NCBI GenBank assembly: GCA_963575745.1
Contig: CAUYUJ010000325.1
Span: 248,001 to 312,000 of the forward strand
Direction: 5' to 3'
From: Prorocentrum cordatum
Taxonomy: Eukaryota
Length of the DNA stretch: 64,000 nucleotides
Position 1 is the first letter of the stretch. Every line of letters starts with the position of its first letter. Below the pieces are notes generated by a model. That model did not search any database and had not been told where the DNA came from. It saw only the letters and a list, made by a program, of their open reading frames with translations. The translations under genes and the position numbers were made by a program. This document shows, in pieces, positions 1-13,070 of the stretch.

Positions 1-825
1 TAGAGAGCTCCACCGAGGGTCCCAGTGGCGCAGTTATCATGCGTCCCCCCCACCCAGGACAGCGTTTCGTGGCCCCATAGGGAGCCCCACCGAGGGCCCC
101 AGTGGCGCAGTTCGCATCCGCGTCTCCCCCACCCAGGACAGCGTTTCGTGGCCCCATAGGGAGCTCCACCGAGGTCCCAGTGGCGCAGTTCGCATGCGTC
201 CCCCCACCCAGGACAGCGTTTCGTGGCCCCATAGGGAGCTCCACCGAGGGTCCCAGTGGCGCAGTTCGCATGCGTCTCCCCCACCCAGGACAACGCTTCG
301 TGGCCCCATAGGGAGCTCCACCTAAGGGCCCAGTGGCGCAGTTCGCATGCGTCTCCCCCACCCAGGACAACGTTCCGTGGCCCCATAGGGAGCTCCACCG
401 AGGGTCCCAGTGGCGCAGTTCGCATGCGTCTCCCCCACCCAGGAAGGCCCCAGTGGCGCAGTTCGCATGCGTCTCCCCCACCCAGGCCAACCTTTCGTAG
501 CCCCATAAGGAGCTCCACCGAAGTCCCAGTGGCGCAGTTCGCATGCGTCTCCCCAATCCAGGACAGCGCTTCGTGGCCCCATATGGAGCTCCACCGAAGG
601 CCACAACTGCACTCGCATGCGTCTCCCCCATCCAGGACAGCGTTTCGTTGCCCCACAGGGAGCTCAACCGAAAGCCCCAGTGCCGCAGTTCGCATGCGTC
701 TCCACCCACCCAGGACAGCGTTTCGTGGCCCCATAGGGAGCTCCACCGAAGGCATCAGTTGCTGCAGTCACATGCGTCTCCCCTACCCAGGACAGCCTTT
801 CGCGGCCCACAGGGATCTCCACCGA
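1..825. repeat. Tandem minisatellite, ~75-79 bp unit, ~10 copies
   Basis: Unit GAGCTCCACCGAGGGTCCCAGTGGCGCAGTTCGCATGCGTCTCCCCCACCCAGGACAGCGTTTCGTGGCCCCATAGG starts at 5, 82, 161, 236 and onward, degenerating toward 825; no unique spacers. Confidence 0.95.
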
Positions 826-992
826 TTGCGATACTCACAACGACGGTACTCACAACTGCATATGGTTGGGTCTTTCGCCAGGCTAATTTTCGCATCCGAA
901 TGCGCTTTCTCACCGAGCCAGCGCACCCTGCAGGCCCCGCACTGCGTTGCCAGCATCCTTGCCTACGTGCTCCAAATTCGCCTTCAGCCGCC

Positions 993-1040
993 TCGAATCG
1001 AATCGAATCGAATCGAATCGAATCGAATCGAATCGAATCG

Positions 1041-1093
<53 letters not shown>

Positions 1094-1098
1094 CCACC

Positions 1099-1180
<82 letters not shown>

Positions 1181-1215
1181 GCCACATCATCATCATCAAC
1201 ATCACTATCATCACC
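993..1215. repeat. Compound microsatellite (AATCG)n followed by (ATC)n/(ACC)n
   Basis: Directly visible. Confidence 0.97.
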
Positions 1216-2129
1216 ACCTCCCTCGCTCGCTCGCTCGCTCCTCCTCCCCCGTCCCTCCCTCCTGCTCCTCTTCCTCCTCCTGCTTCCGGGCCGGGCCACT
1301 TGCAGCCGTCTGTGGGCCGGCTTGGAGCCTCTGATACGCATGATGGGTCCGTTTGGGAGCCGTCTTGGGGGCCTCCTGGTCTTGTTCGGAGGTCTCTGTG
1401 GGCAATTTCGGGACTAGTGTGATGGCCTCTCGGGCCGTCTTGGGCCCTCTTGGGGCAATATCGAGCCGTCTTTGGCCCACCTCAGACTTTTTTGAAGGCC
1501 CTCTTGGATCTGTGGACCCGTCTTGCGCCCCCCCCAGGGGCCGCCTTCTCTTGGGCCCCTCTGGGAGGCCCCTCTTGAGCCGTCTTCAGCCCATGCTGGG
1601 CCTCTTACCTACCAATGATTCTTGAGTCCTGGCGGGTGCTTGAAGGCGACGGGTATTTTATGTAACCAAATTGGGCCTTCTGTGTTACCCGTTTCCCGCT
1701 GGATATTTTTTGTCACGATGGATTTCGTGCGTCCGACTGTTATGTAAAACGGCCCGTGTGTTGTTTCAGGAAATGAAATTATGATCTTCTTGGGGACCAT
1801 GTGGATTTCTGGATATCTCCTAAAATCCTCGTCGGACCCTTCCGTGTCCACCAACATAAATAGATACACCATCGCGTGTGAACCGTCTCTGCGTAGAACC
1901 AAAAGACGGACAACAACAGCGCATATAAAATGAAGCAATGCAAAGCATTGCCGGCTGTCATGCTAGCGACACCGACATGATCATGAGTGCAGCTGATGCT
2001 GTGCATGCCTGTGTGAACGAAAAATGTAAATGTACGGCGTGCGTAATATGATTACGAGGCATGAGTACGAAGGGAGAATTGAAATTGAGCGGTCTGAGTG
2101 TGAGTGGGTCTGAATACGAACGGCATGGA

Positions 2130-2620
2130 TTCGTGTGCGTGTGCGTGTGCCTTGCGTGTGTGTGCATGTGCGCGTGTGTGCGTGTGTGTGTGTGTGTGTG
2201 TGCGTGTGTGTGTGTGTGTGTGTGCGTGTGTGCGTCTGCGTGCGCGCGTGCACGTGCGTGTGCGTGTGTGTATGTGCGCATGTGTGTGTGCGTGTTCGTG
2301 TGCGCGTGCGTGTTCGCGTGCGTGTGTGCGTGTGTGCGCGTGTGTTGGTGATGTGTGCGGTGTGTCGGGTGTGGAGTGTGGTGTGTGGGATATGTGGTGT
2401 GCGGGGTTCGTGTGTGTGGTGTGTATGGTGTGTGTGTGTGTGTGTGTGTTCGCGCGTGTGTGTGTGTGTGTGGTGTGGGTGTGGTACGGGTGTGGGTGTT
2501 GGGCGTTCGGTGTTTGGCGTGGGTATGTGTGTGTGGTCGTGTGCGTGGATGTGAGCGCACGTCTGGATGTCGGCGTGGCTGTCGGCGTGGCTGTGGGTGT
2601 GGGTGTGAGTGTGTGCGCGG
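2130..2620. repeat. (GT)n/(GCGT)n microsatellite
   Basis: Directly visible. Confidence 0.95.
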
Positions 2621-3829
2621 AAACTCCTGTTGCCAGTGCCAATCACGGAAACTCCTGTTGCTCAATGCTGGCCCCTCTCGGCGGCACCCCATGTGGCCCG
2701 GCCAGGGCCGGGCGGTGCCCCTGCGCGCATGCGCTACCCCCGCCGCAAGCGGCCGGCCTGCTTGCCACAGTTCGGTGCGTTCTCCCCCCCTGCCCAGATC
2801 TGGGCGCACCCCCCACGGCTTTACCTGGTCGACGCTACAGCCTCACGACATCTCTGCGATGCGCGCTCCACGCCTCTGGCCTACCCCCTGGCCTTGGCAA
2901 CCCCGGGTATGCTGGTCCTGGGCCTCGCCGGGCTACCGGCCTCTACCCCCGCGCCCACTGGCAGCCGACTGCCGCCGCCGTTTGCTTCTCCGCCGATGCT
3001 TCATCAACTGAGCAATCCTGAACCCTTGCGGGATTCTCGTCTGCACCTTTCTTGAGCGGCCGGCCGTCTCACCGGCCTTCTTGGGCCTTGCACGGGCTGG
3101 TCTTGCCGGCTTGCCCCGCCCTGGTCCCCCGCGGGGGGTCTGCCCCTTCCCTCTCGCCCCGCCGCCTGGGCGGGGGCGCCTGCCCTCGCCGCCGCCAGGC
3201 GCCTCGCAAGTCACAACTGACATCGGCTCCCCATGCGCCGTCCCGCCTTGCCCGGTTTTCAGGCCGACCCCTCCTCCGAGGGGGTCCCGCACTGCCTGCC
3301 CCCGGGCTGCCTAGCAGGTCACCCGCGACCTCGGCGCCCTTGGCCTATTCCTCGCGTGTACCGTCTCCTCCAGTTTGCGCTGGGCACTGCTCCGCCCTCG
3401 GGCGCCGCCTCGTGCCTCGGCCCCCCCTCTGCCGGCCTCTCCATTCGGAGCGGTCATGCACCGGTCGATCCCGGGTGCCTCGTAGGTCAGTTGTGACCTG
3501 GGCTCCCACGGCTTGCGCTTCCGAGTTCTATTTCGACACCAGCCCACGCTGGGCGCTGCTCCCCGCCAGCCCCCCACCCCTCCGTTGGTTGCCTGGCCGG
3601 CCGACTCCCCCCCCCCAATGCCGCCGCGCCGCCGCTGGGCCCCCCTCCCGGCGCCGCCCCCCGCCGCCGCCTGGCCCCGCTGTGAGCGGGCCCGGTTTCC
3701 TCCTCCTCCCCGCCGTCGCCGGGCGCCTCCACTCCTCCCCTCGCGCATCGCAGCCAAATTTGCAATTATTCGTCCAACATTTGCCCTTCCGCCAGCGCAG
3801 TCGCTCTGCCTAGCCGCCGACGCCCAAAA

Positions 3830-3969
3830 AGTGTGCGCGCGTGTGCGTGCGTGGTGAGTGTGGGTGTTGTCGTGGGCGTGGATGTGCGTGCGCGCGTGCG
3901 TGTGCGTGTGCGTGTGCGTGTGCGTGTGCGTGTGCGTGTGCGTGTGCGTGTGCGTGTGCGTGTGCGTGT

Positions 3970-4002
<33 letters not shown>

Positions 4003-4173
4003 CGTGTGCGTGTTGCTGTGCGCGTGCGTGTGCGTGTGCGTGTGCGTGTGCGTGTGCGTGTGCGTGTGCGCGTGCGCGTGCGCGTGCGCGTGCGCTGCGC
4101 GTGCGCGTGCGCGTGCGCGTGCGCGTTGCGCGTGCGCGTGCGCGTGTGCGTGTGCGTGTGCGTGTGTGCGTGT

Positions 4174-4206
<33 letters not shown>

Positions 4207-4373
4207 CGTGTGCGTGTTGCCTGCGCGTGCGCGTGTGCGTGTGCGGTGTGCGGTGTGCGCGTTGTGTATGCGTGTGCGTCTGCGTGTGTGTGTGCGTGCG
4301 TGCGTGCGTGAGTGTGTGTGTGTGTGTGCGTGCGTGCGCGTGCTGGCTGCTGCGTGCGTGCGTGCGTGCGTCG

Positions 4374-4470
<97 letters not shown>

Positions 4471-4649
4471 TGGGGCGTTGGGTGCGTGGGTGCGTGGGTG
4501 CGTGGGTGCGGGGTGCGTGTGGTGCGTGGGTGCGTGGGTGCGTGGGTGGTGGGTGGTGGGTGGTGGGTGGTGGGTGGTGGGTGGGTGGTGGTGGGTGGGT
4601 GGGGTGGTGGGTGGTGGGGTGGGGGTGCGTGGGTGCGTGCGTGCGTGCG

Positions 4650-4726
<77 letters not shown>

Positions 4727-5050
4727 TGGTGGTGGGTGGGTGGTGGGTGGGTGGGTGGGTGGGTGGGTGGGTGGTGGGGTGGGTGGGTGGGTGGGTGTGT
4801 GTGTGTGTGTGTGCGCGTGCGTGCGTGCGTGTATGCGTGTGTTCGTGCGCGCGCGTTTGTTCGCGCGTGCGTGCGTAAATGCGCGCGCGCGCGTGCAAGC
4901 GCGCGTGCGTGCGTGCATCTGCGTGCACTTGTGCGTGCACGCGTGTGCGCGCGCGTGTCAATGTGCGCTTGCGCGTGCGTGCGTGCGTGTGTTGCGCGCG
5001 CGTGCGCGCGTGCTTGCGCGCGCAAGTGTGCGTGTGTGTGCATGTGTGTT
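3830..5050. repeat. Long compound (GCGTGT)n/(GCGT)n/(GTGG)n microsatellite
   Basis: Directly visible; it generates many spurious long ORFs. Confidence 0.97.
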
Positions 5051-5849
5051 TGACATCGACCGTGGCAAACGCAGCCCGCAGACTCCCAATGCGTAGGGCG
5101 AAGACAGAAAGGGGACACCAGGCACACACACACATTCACAGCTGGACAAATAAATTGTGTGACACGGAATGCGACTAGTCAGACCCAGACTCGGGGTCTT
5201 CACCGAGTCTGACTTGTGCTTCCTGGCCGCCCGCCGCTTCCAGCAAACGCAGCGATGCCGCTACCCTGCGCAGCTCACGGGCCTGGGCAAGATCATCGTC
5301 CTCAGAAGGGGGGGGAGGCGCAGCGAGAGAGGGAGGACCATCCGGCTCTTCGCTCCACGGGCCAATGCTGACGGAAACGCCGTCGCACTTGGGGTGTTGA
5401 CCTGTAGCCAATCGGTCCCATGAAAACCTTCGTCCCTTCGCCCCCTTCAGGGGCATGGGGCGGCAGGGGCCTCGCAAGCATCTGACCTGGCCCCCTTGTG
5501 GTATACAATTCACACCGGATGCAAATAAAAATAAACTGTTGTCGCTGGGGTCGAGATACAACATCTCGTGCCCCAGAGCAGCGAGCGCAGGAGCATCATG
5601 GCCTCGGATACCGACACCAGGACCTCACTGGCAGACTACCTCGGGCGGTTTTGAAACAGCCCGGGAACCGTGGAAACAAACATCACACTGCCAAAGGCCC
5701 GCCCAGGACCAAACATGACCCCTGGCTTTCTCGCGCACCGCAGGTTCCTGTCTCTTCAGCGGCGATGACGTCATGTCCAACTTCGGCCACACTGGCAAGA
5801 GGTTGGCGGCTAGAGCACAGGTGGCTTTCGCTACCAAGACCTAGCGCTC

Positions 5850-6800
5850 GACGCGCTGCTCTTGCTCTGGTGACGGGGCTGGGTGCCTGGCGGCCGCAGC
5901 TTGCGCTCAGGCCAGGGTCATCTACCGCGTGCGCATTGACCTTGCTAACTTTGCTCAAATGGTCGGCACCAGGGAAAGAACATATCCAGCGCACGGTCGC
6001 ATATAAGATAATTGTTCCTGGACGCGCATCTCGGATTGCTTTGCAACGTTCAAGCAGTCCGAAAAACTTCTGCCCCCTGGGAGGGCCACTTGGCCCGCGG
6101 CAGAGCCCGCGAAACTCGGCAGCCTGAGAAGGACCTGCTGGTCTTCATCGCACACTATGTAAGCCCACCCGTCGACGAAAAAAGTCCCCACTGGCGCCCA
6201 ATTCCTTGCAGCCTTCATTCTGGGGCCACACGACGTTGACCGACGCGTCGCTGGTAGGTCTACGGAATGCGCCCCCTGGACGTTCGGAGAGATCACTCGC
6301 GAACAAGGAGACCTCAGCTGGATCCGCGAAGTCCACCTCCGACAAATCTGACAACCGTCGGGGAAGACAACGGCTCAAAACATCGTTTCCGACTTCCGGG
6401 CAGGCGGGGCAAAACCAGCGCCTGTGGAGGGGCGCGCCCCCAGCATCCAAACACAATGTACAAGTCATGTCCTCGATTTGGTACCCCTTCGATTTCGCGG
6501 AATCCTTAGTCCAGATACCTCCGCAACCGCGGGATCGGACCCATGCTTTCTGGCGAGGGCCATGCTTCCACGATGAAGATTGGGCCCTGATCCGGTCGCG
6601 GCGAAGTCTCCTGCCTGATGGCAGCAGGCTTGCGGCGCTAGCGCGTTCGAGGCCGCGGAGCACAGCAGCATGCAGCGCTCGCTTCGCAAAAGCGGAAGAG
6701 CAGATCGTGAGCTGGATGACCTCGCCGAAGTCATCGATGAAGTCCGTAAATGTCCCCATGTGCCAACCTATGCGATCAAGGGAAAACTTCATCGCCAAAG
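5850..6800 (-). mobile_element. Degenerate 3' part of a non-LTR retrotransposon ORF2: CCHC knuckle plus RNase H
   Basis: Across frames, in order: CTLC...HRRWFC zinc knuckle, then RNase H-like motifs FFVDG, GWAYIV, FSDCLNV, VSKVNAH; frameshifted. Confidence 0.65.
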
Positions 6801-6959
6801 TCGGCCCAGAAACCTGCCCCCGCCCGTTATACCCCCACTGGCCCCCTCCGCCTAAAGAAAACAGCTTCCCAACCGGTGCGGGGCTCCGGGAGGGGGATGC
6901 AGTAGGGGTAAACCCTAGTCCGATTAGCCCAAATCTCCTTGGCGTAGGGGACTACGGGC

Positions 6960-7760
6960 CTCCTCCTCATCGTCCTCCTCCTCCTCCTCCTCCTCCTCCT
7001 CCTCCTCCTCCTCCCCTCCTTCCGCCTCGTGCTTCCCTCCCTCCCTCCCTAGCCGAGCCCATATGCATCCCCTCCTCCTCCTCCTCCTCCTCCTCCTCCT
7101 CCTCCTCCTCCTCCTCCACCAGCTCCTCCACCAGCTCCTCCTCCTCCCACTCCTCCTCCTCCTCCTCCTCCACCTCCTCCATCTCCTCCACCTCCTCCTG
7201 CTCCTACTCCTCCTCCTTTTCCTCCTCCCCCTCATCCCCTTCCTCCTCATCCTCAACCTCCTTCCCCTCATAGGGTTGCTGGCATCCAGGACGCCTCCTC
7301 CTCCTCCTCCTCCTCCTCCTCCTCCTCCTCCTCCTCCTCCTCCCTCTCCTCCTCCCCCTCCTCTCTCCTCCTCCTCCTCCTCCTCCTCCTCCTCCTCCTC
7401 CCCCTCCTTTCCTCCTCCTCCTCCTCCTCCTCCTCCTTCTCCTCCTCCTCCTCCACCTCTTCCGTCCACTCCTCCTCCCCTCCTCCTCCTCGTCCTCCTC
7501 CTCCTTCCGTCCTCCTCCTCTCTCCTCCCCCTCCTCCTCGTCCTCCCCCTCCTCATCCCACTCCTCCTTCTATTCCTCCTCCCTTCTCCTCCTTCTCCTC
7601 CGCCTCCTTCTACTCCTTCGACTCCTCCTCCCCTCGTCGTCCTCCTCGTCCTCCTCCTCCTCCTCCTCCTCCTCCTCCTCCAGGGCCTTCCCGCCCGTGC
7701 GGCGAGTCCTCCTCCTCCTCCTCCTCCTCCTCCTCCGATTTCTCCTCCCTCCCTTTCATC
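6960..7760. repeat. (CCT)n polypyrimidine microsatellite
   Basis: Directly visible. Confidence 0.97.
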
Positions 7761-7905
7761 GACCCTCCCTCCTCCAGGGCCCGTTCTGCGCGTGCGGCGA
7801 GTCCCGTTCTCCCCCCGCGGGGCGCCGCGCGGCGCGGCCGCCGGCGGCGGCGCGGCGCGGCCGCAAGCGGTTGGCGGGCGGAGCCCCCCTCCAAGAACGC
7901 AGAGA

Positions 7906-7990
7906 CAAAATGCGTCGACGGAGGCCTTCCAGCGAGCTCGAGCCTTGACAAGGCTCGAGTTCGCTGGAAAGCCTCCGTCGACGCATTTTG
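7906..7990. repeat. 85-bp near-perfect palindrome (42-bp arms, 1-nt centre, 2 mismatches)
   Basis: CAAAATGCGTCGACGGAGGCCTTCCAGCGAGCTCGAGCCTTG-A-CAAGGCTCGAGTTCGCTGGAAAGCCTCCGTCGACGCATTTTG. Confidence 0.95.
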
Positions 7991-8376
7991 GGGCCAGAAA
8001 ACAATCGACACCACCCCACCTACGGCCCCACGGGCCTGAGCATATACCGCGAATTCCGCTTGGGCTTTGCGGGGAACACGCTATGGCACCCGATGAGCCG
8101 TACTGTAACATGGAGAGCTATAGGTGGGATGGTGTTGTTTGTCGTTAGGTCGACCTTGCGTCTCCCGGAGACCCAGTGTCGGGGGAACTTACGCTCAGCG
8201 TGTCGCGGCGGCGGCCATGGCGACACACTACGCCCTGCGAGCGTATCGCGTGTCGCTCCGCTCCGCGGGGCGGGGGGAGCCTCGAAAGGCTCGGGACGCT
8301 GACGTTCGGGGACAGGGAAGTGGTCACCATGTCGCGCCGAGGCGTTGTGGGCCAGACCCAGCGGGGCGCTCCCAAA

Positions 8377-8490
8377 TGGCCGGAGTATCGCGCCGCATCG
8401 ACGATGCATCGGCGACGGCGTGAAGAAAATCGGGCTCCGCATCGAGCCGCATCGACGATGCATCGGCACTGCGGCGCGATACTCCGGCCA
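8377..8490. repeat. Small MITE-like unit: 21-bp inverted repeats with two 22-bp direct repeats
   Basis: TGGCCGGAGTATCGCGCCGCA at 8377-8397 and its reverse complement at 8470-8490; GCCGCATCGACGATGCATCGGC at 8392 and 8446. Confidence 0.8.
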
Positions 8491-8884
8491 CATCTACTCG
8501 GGACCCATCTTGGAGGCCCAAAGTCGGGCGATTCCCGGAGGGAGGGTGCTGCCAGTGTGCTCGAAGACAGTCCGCGGTGCCCGTTTTTCCACGCGCGTGC
8601 TGGCCCTCTGCGTGTGGTATGCATGTGCGTGGTGCCTGGGTTCTCTGCATGCCCATCATACATCAATCCGCCGGCCCCTTGTGGGGCCACCAGGCTGTAG
8701 GCGCGAAATTCGCAGTTTCCTGCACCAGTTGTAGCTTGTAGTTTCCAGTGTTACAGTTCTGCTTCTTGCTGGTTACTGTAACTAGTTGATTGACCGCGCG
8801 AGGGGGGGGGAGGCCCAAACCGACATTTTAGCACCTCCTGGGCGCGTTGTCTGAATTGCTGGGGGGGCTCGAAATCGACACCAC

Positions 8885-9097
8885 TCACGCAGATCCGCGG
8901 GGTCAGGGTCCAAAAACACACGGGATTTGCCACATTTCTGAAATTCGGTGCCACCCCTCACGCAGATCCGCGGGGTCAGGGTCCAAAAACACAAGGGAGT
9001 TGCCACATTTTTGAAATTCGGTGCCACCCCTCACGCAGATCCGCGGGGTCAGGGTCCAAAAACACATGGGATTTGCCACATTTCTGAAATTCGGTGC
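8885..9097. repeat. Three tandem copies of a ~73-bp unit
   Basis: CACGCAGATCCGCGGGGTCAGGGTCCAAAAACAC..GGATTTGCCACATTTCTGAAATTCGGTGCCA at about 8887, 8959 and 9032. Confidence 0.93.
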
Positions 9098-9234
9098 CAT
9101 GTCCGCCACTGCACTCTCGTGCTGTCGCTTGAGCTGGTCGACGGCGTTGGCCAGGTCCTGCACCTCGGCCTGGGGCACTGGCGGGGCGGCTCCTCCTGGC
9201 GGAATATTCGCCTGCAGCGCCGCGTAGACCATCT
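9098..9234 (-). CDS. Isolated candidate internal exon (MVYAALQANIPPGGAAPPVPQAEVQDLANAVDQLKRQHESAVADM), product unknown
   Basis: Protein-like, GC3-rich codons, bounded by a TTTCAG acceptor and a G|GC donor; partner exons not identified. Confidence 0.45.
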
Positions 9235-12200
9235 CTGAAATGCCCGTGTTCTCGGAGGAGGAGGAGGAGGGGGGGAGGAGGAGGAGGAGAAACCCCCCAA
9301 AGTCTGGGGGCGGCCCAGAGTCTGAACAACGCTTTTTTTTCAAATAGGAAGGGGTTGAAAAGGGCACCGCGAGGGCCCGAGGAAGGCCCCTGAGGGCTCC
9401 CCCAAGAGCAGAGAGTAGCAAATCACGCGCGCGCTCCCTCGCGTGATTTCGTTGACGGACCCCCCTGGGAGCGCTCCCGCGCCGCGGTGGACGGGCCCCA
9501 AAACGTCTCGAAGGGGCCTCAGGACGGCTCCCCCTAGGACCCAAGAGGCCCTGGAGACCTCGCGGGCCGTTTTGGGGCCCCCTGGGGCTGCGCTGGCACT
9601 TTCAGGGGGGCGCCCGATGCGGTCTTCAGGTGATTGAGGGCCTCCCGGGCCGTCTGAGCGGACGTCGTTTCGCCATGTTTTCGTGGACGCGCTCTTGGAG
9701 GCATATTGGGTCGTCGTGGAGGCCGAACCGCGATGCCCAATTATCGAACCACCCTATCCCGAGAACTCAACAACCAGTCTCATCGATGGCAAGACTCCGT
9801 GGGTTTCTTCCAAGAGCCATGAGGAACGCGCATGAAAACAGAAACTAAGAAAATACAATCAGGGCATCACTGAGGCTGGCGCAACTGCACCCGAGCAGGT
9901 GCGCGTCGACAACCCAAAAGGGGGTCTCTTAGTGCGCCGGGTGAGGGTTGCGGAATGGAAAGGAGAAGTGGACGAAGCGAAATTGAAGCTGACCGAGGCC
10001 GGCATGCAGGCGGGAGTAGAAGCATCGCACGCAGCAGCGGCCGTGCAAGTTCGCTGCTAGGATGCACCTCGCGCCCAGGGAAGCCCAACAAATAACGGGC
10101 GGGGCACTTCATCGCTAAAACACGAGAGAGGCCACGGCAGGTTTATGGAGGCAGCGCGCGCCAAAGTTTTTGCCACATGCGAATTCAATGAGCAATCGCC
10201 GATGAACTCCAACCAGCGTTTGGGAAAATGTCTAGCCGAGATTCGATGGAAAGAATGGGGCCACATCCGTTGGGCTCACGAACGGCTTTTGCCCGTAGCA
10301 GATATACTAGTTTCGCTGGGCATCGACGCCCCGCCCTCCGGCGCCAGCAGGGCGGCGGCGAATCTGCATGCCGCGCTAGAACGAAGGCTGCGTGCGAACA
10401 GGCAGAGCGCCAGCACCTCCCAAGGCGTCGCCCCCGGCGCGCTTCTCGCGCCTGGGACAAGACAAAGAAAATATTCCCGTCCGCGTCGCGGCGGTAAAAT
10501 TATTTCGGAATAGCAATCGCCATCGCGCGAATAAGCAAGATTCATAATAATGGTTATTCGATTGAGAATAGATGGGTCCACTAAACACACTTAGAGGGCA
10601 ATGACACAAGTCGGAATCATCCCAGTGGTAGTTAATCGTAGCACGACTGGTTGATAAGATTTGCAAGTAGCACTAGTTGGGCCAACTGACTCGCAATATT
10701 AGCAGCCAAGCGAGAAAGTGTACAATAGTGGCACTCGACGTAGCGAGAGTCGAAGGAAGTGTAGTCGCAGGAACAACTACTACGTATGAGTAATATCAAC
10801 GCAATGCTAGGGTTGCTCTGCGCGCGTCTGGGCGCGCGCCTGCATCTGCGCGCGCCTGAGCGCCGCTGCGCGCGCGCTGTCCGCGCGCGTCTGCCTTTGC
10901 TGCTCTGTTCCGAACGCGCGCGCATCCGCGCGCCCCTGGGCAGGCGAATGCGAGCGCGCGTGCCTGAGCGCGCAGGCCTGGGCGAACCTGGGCACGAGCG
11001 AGTCCTGGATATGAATGCGAATGAACTTGGGCTTGGCTGAGTCTGAGTGAGAATGGGCCTGCGTCTGAATGGGTTCGAATGGGGCTGACTATGCTTGCCA
11101 TGCGTGGGCATTGGTGCGAGAGGTTCTGCTCATAGGCGATGCTGATATTGACTCTGATGCTGGCTGGTCTTCGCGGGCGGCCAGCCCCGCCCGCGCCTCC
11201 AACGAAATGGTCGGAAGAGCTGCTTCCTCGGGAAGTCCTGTTCGGGAAGTCCTGAGCGCTGACAGCCGTTCCCCGGCCGAGCGGGCGCCCGCCCCCGATC
11301 GCCCCGCGAACTGAGGCGCCTGGGCGCTGCAAGCGCCGGGAACTGAAAACTAAGCTCGGCAGCGCTCGTCGCCGAAGGCCAAGCGCTGAGGGCCGGGCGC
11401 CGCGCGCGCTGGGAACTGCATCACTCCGCCTCGAAACGCCCATCGCTGGGGGCAGAGCGCGGGGGGTTGGGCGCCGCGAGCACTGAGGACTAAAAACTCA
11501 AACTTGAAGCGCCCATCACTGAAGGTGGAGCACTGAGGTCGGCGCGCTCGAAGCACGAGCGGGGGCTGAGGATTGACTGTGTGAGAATGAAGCCCTGCGG
11601 ACTGAGCACCGATGCCCTCTCGCTCCTGCCCCCCCTCTCACGTCGCCGCCCCGCCCCCGTCTTCCTCGGCGCTCGCTCGGGATGCGCTGCGTGACCGCGT
11701 AGAAATCCACGCGCTGAGCCAGGCTGAGACGCCGGGTGACTTCGCGCGTCGTTAAACTCGGGCCACGCCCGCCCGCAGTCTCGCGGCACGCTGAAGCGCG
11801 CTCGCCCATGAGCTGGTCGGCCAGCATGACCTCATTGCTGGAGTCTGCGCTCGAGCGCGAAACCGCCGAATCTAGCAGCGCGCCTGACTCGCGCAGGCCC
11901 CGCGATTGGAGCCATGGAACTTGCGGGCGCACTGAGCGCTGTTCTGACAGAGCCGACGACTACCGAAGTCACTGTCGACGCCCATGCCCCACCCCTGAAT
12001 GGCTGAGATCGTCTGGCGCAACGCCTCGCATGGGCTGAAGTGGCGAGCCATCAAGCTGCGCCCAATGAAAAAGCATCGGCTGCGGACGCCGTTGACCGAA
12101 GACGCCGCGCGCGCTGATGTCGCCGTCGCGCCCAGAAAGCCCCGAAGAACTCCCCGGCAATGAACGCGTTTCACGCCGCGGAGAAAATCAGCCGATCCGG

Positions 12201-12399
12201 CGCGTGAGTTTCAAAAAGCCACAGATACAGCCTGGGCCTCAGTGCTTGAACTTCAGCTCTGCTGGGGTGGCGGGCGCGGGGGCGGCCCTGCCGGGGCGGG
12301 GGGGGGGGGCCCGAGTCAATCTCGGTGGCGAAATCAGAGCTCCAGCTCACTCCGGGCCGGCCCCCCGCCTCGGAAAAGCTCGAACGCGGGCTCGCGAAA

Positions 12400-13070
12400 A
12401 ACCCGGCAGCCGCCCGGGCGGCCCAAGAGGGCCCTGGGTGGCCGAAACATGCCCCAAGACGCCCAATATGTTCCTAAGACGGCTCCAGAAGCTTCCAAAC
12501 AGACCCCCCCCCCCCCGACACCTCCTGAGAATGCCAAATCGGAAAATCTGCACCATTGCGTTAGGGATATGCACGTTTGTTTGCATTTTCGCTTCTTCGG
12601 CCTTCGCAGTGTCCAACGCGGCCAGTGAGACCCCCATAACAAGCCCAGGGGCTCATCGGCCCTGGAAGGGCCCAAGACGGCCCGGGAGGCCCCCAAGACA
12701 GCCCAAACGGGCCCCAGGACGGGCCCAAGAAGCGCCCAAGAGGGCTCCATGACGGCCCCAGAAGACCCAAGACGGCCCAAGAGGCGCCCAGGAGGCACCC
12801 GCATGGCCCTAGGAGCCCCCAAGAAACCCCGAGCGGCTACAAGGCCCCCAGAAGGCGCCCAAAAGCGCTCCCGAAGGCTAAACAAAAACCTTCTACACAC
12901 CCCAAGGAAGCCCCCAGGACGCCTCCCACAAGCCCCCAAGAAGCCCAACATGACCCCAGGAGGCTCAACAATCACCTCCCGGACGCCCCCCCAGAGGGTT
13001 CGAAGATGCGTCGTAGAGGCCCCCCAACCATCACCTCCAAGACGCCCCCCGAGGAAGCCTACAACATTGA
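12400..13070. repeat. Low-complexity CCCAAGA/GGCCCC-type dispersed repeat; related tracts at ~1330-1600 (opposite strand) and ~9370-9740
   Basis: Recurrent short CCCAAGA and GGCCCCCA words. Confidence 0.7.

Noticed and set aside
1..825. CRISPR array
   Set aside because: Units are contiguous with no unique spacers, there are no cas genes, and the context is eukaryotic.
1958..5200. Long ORFs rich in HT/VC/RA dipeptides (also 6924-8148 and 36838-38032)
   Set aside because: They are translations of microsatellites that lack stop codons.
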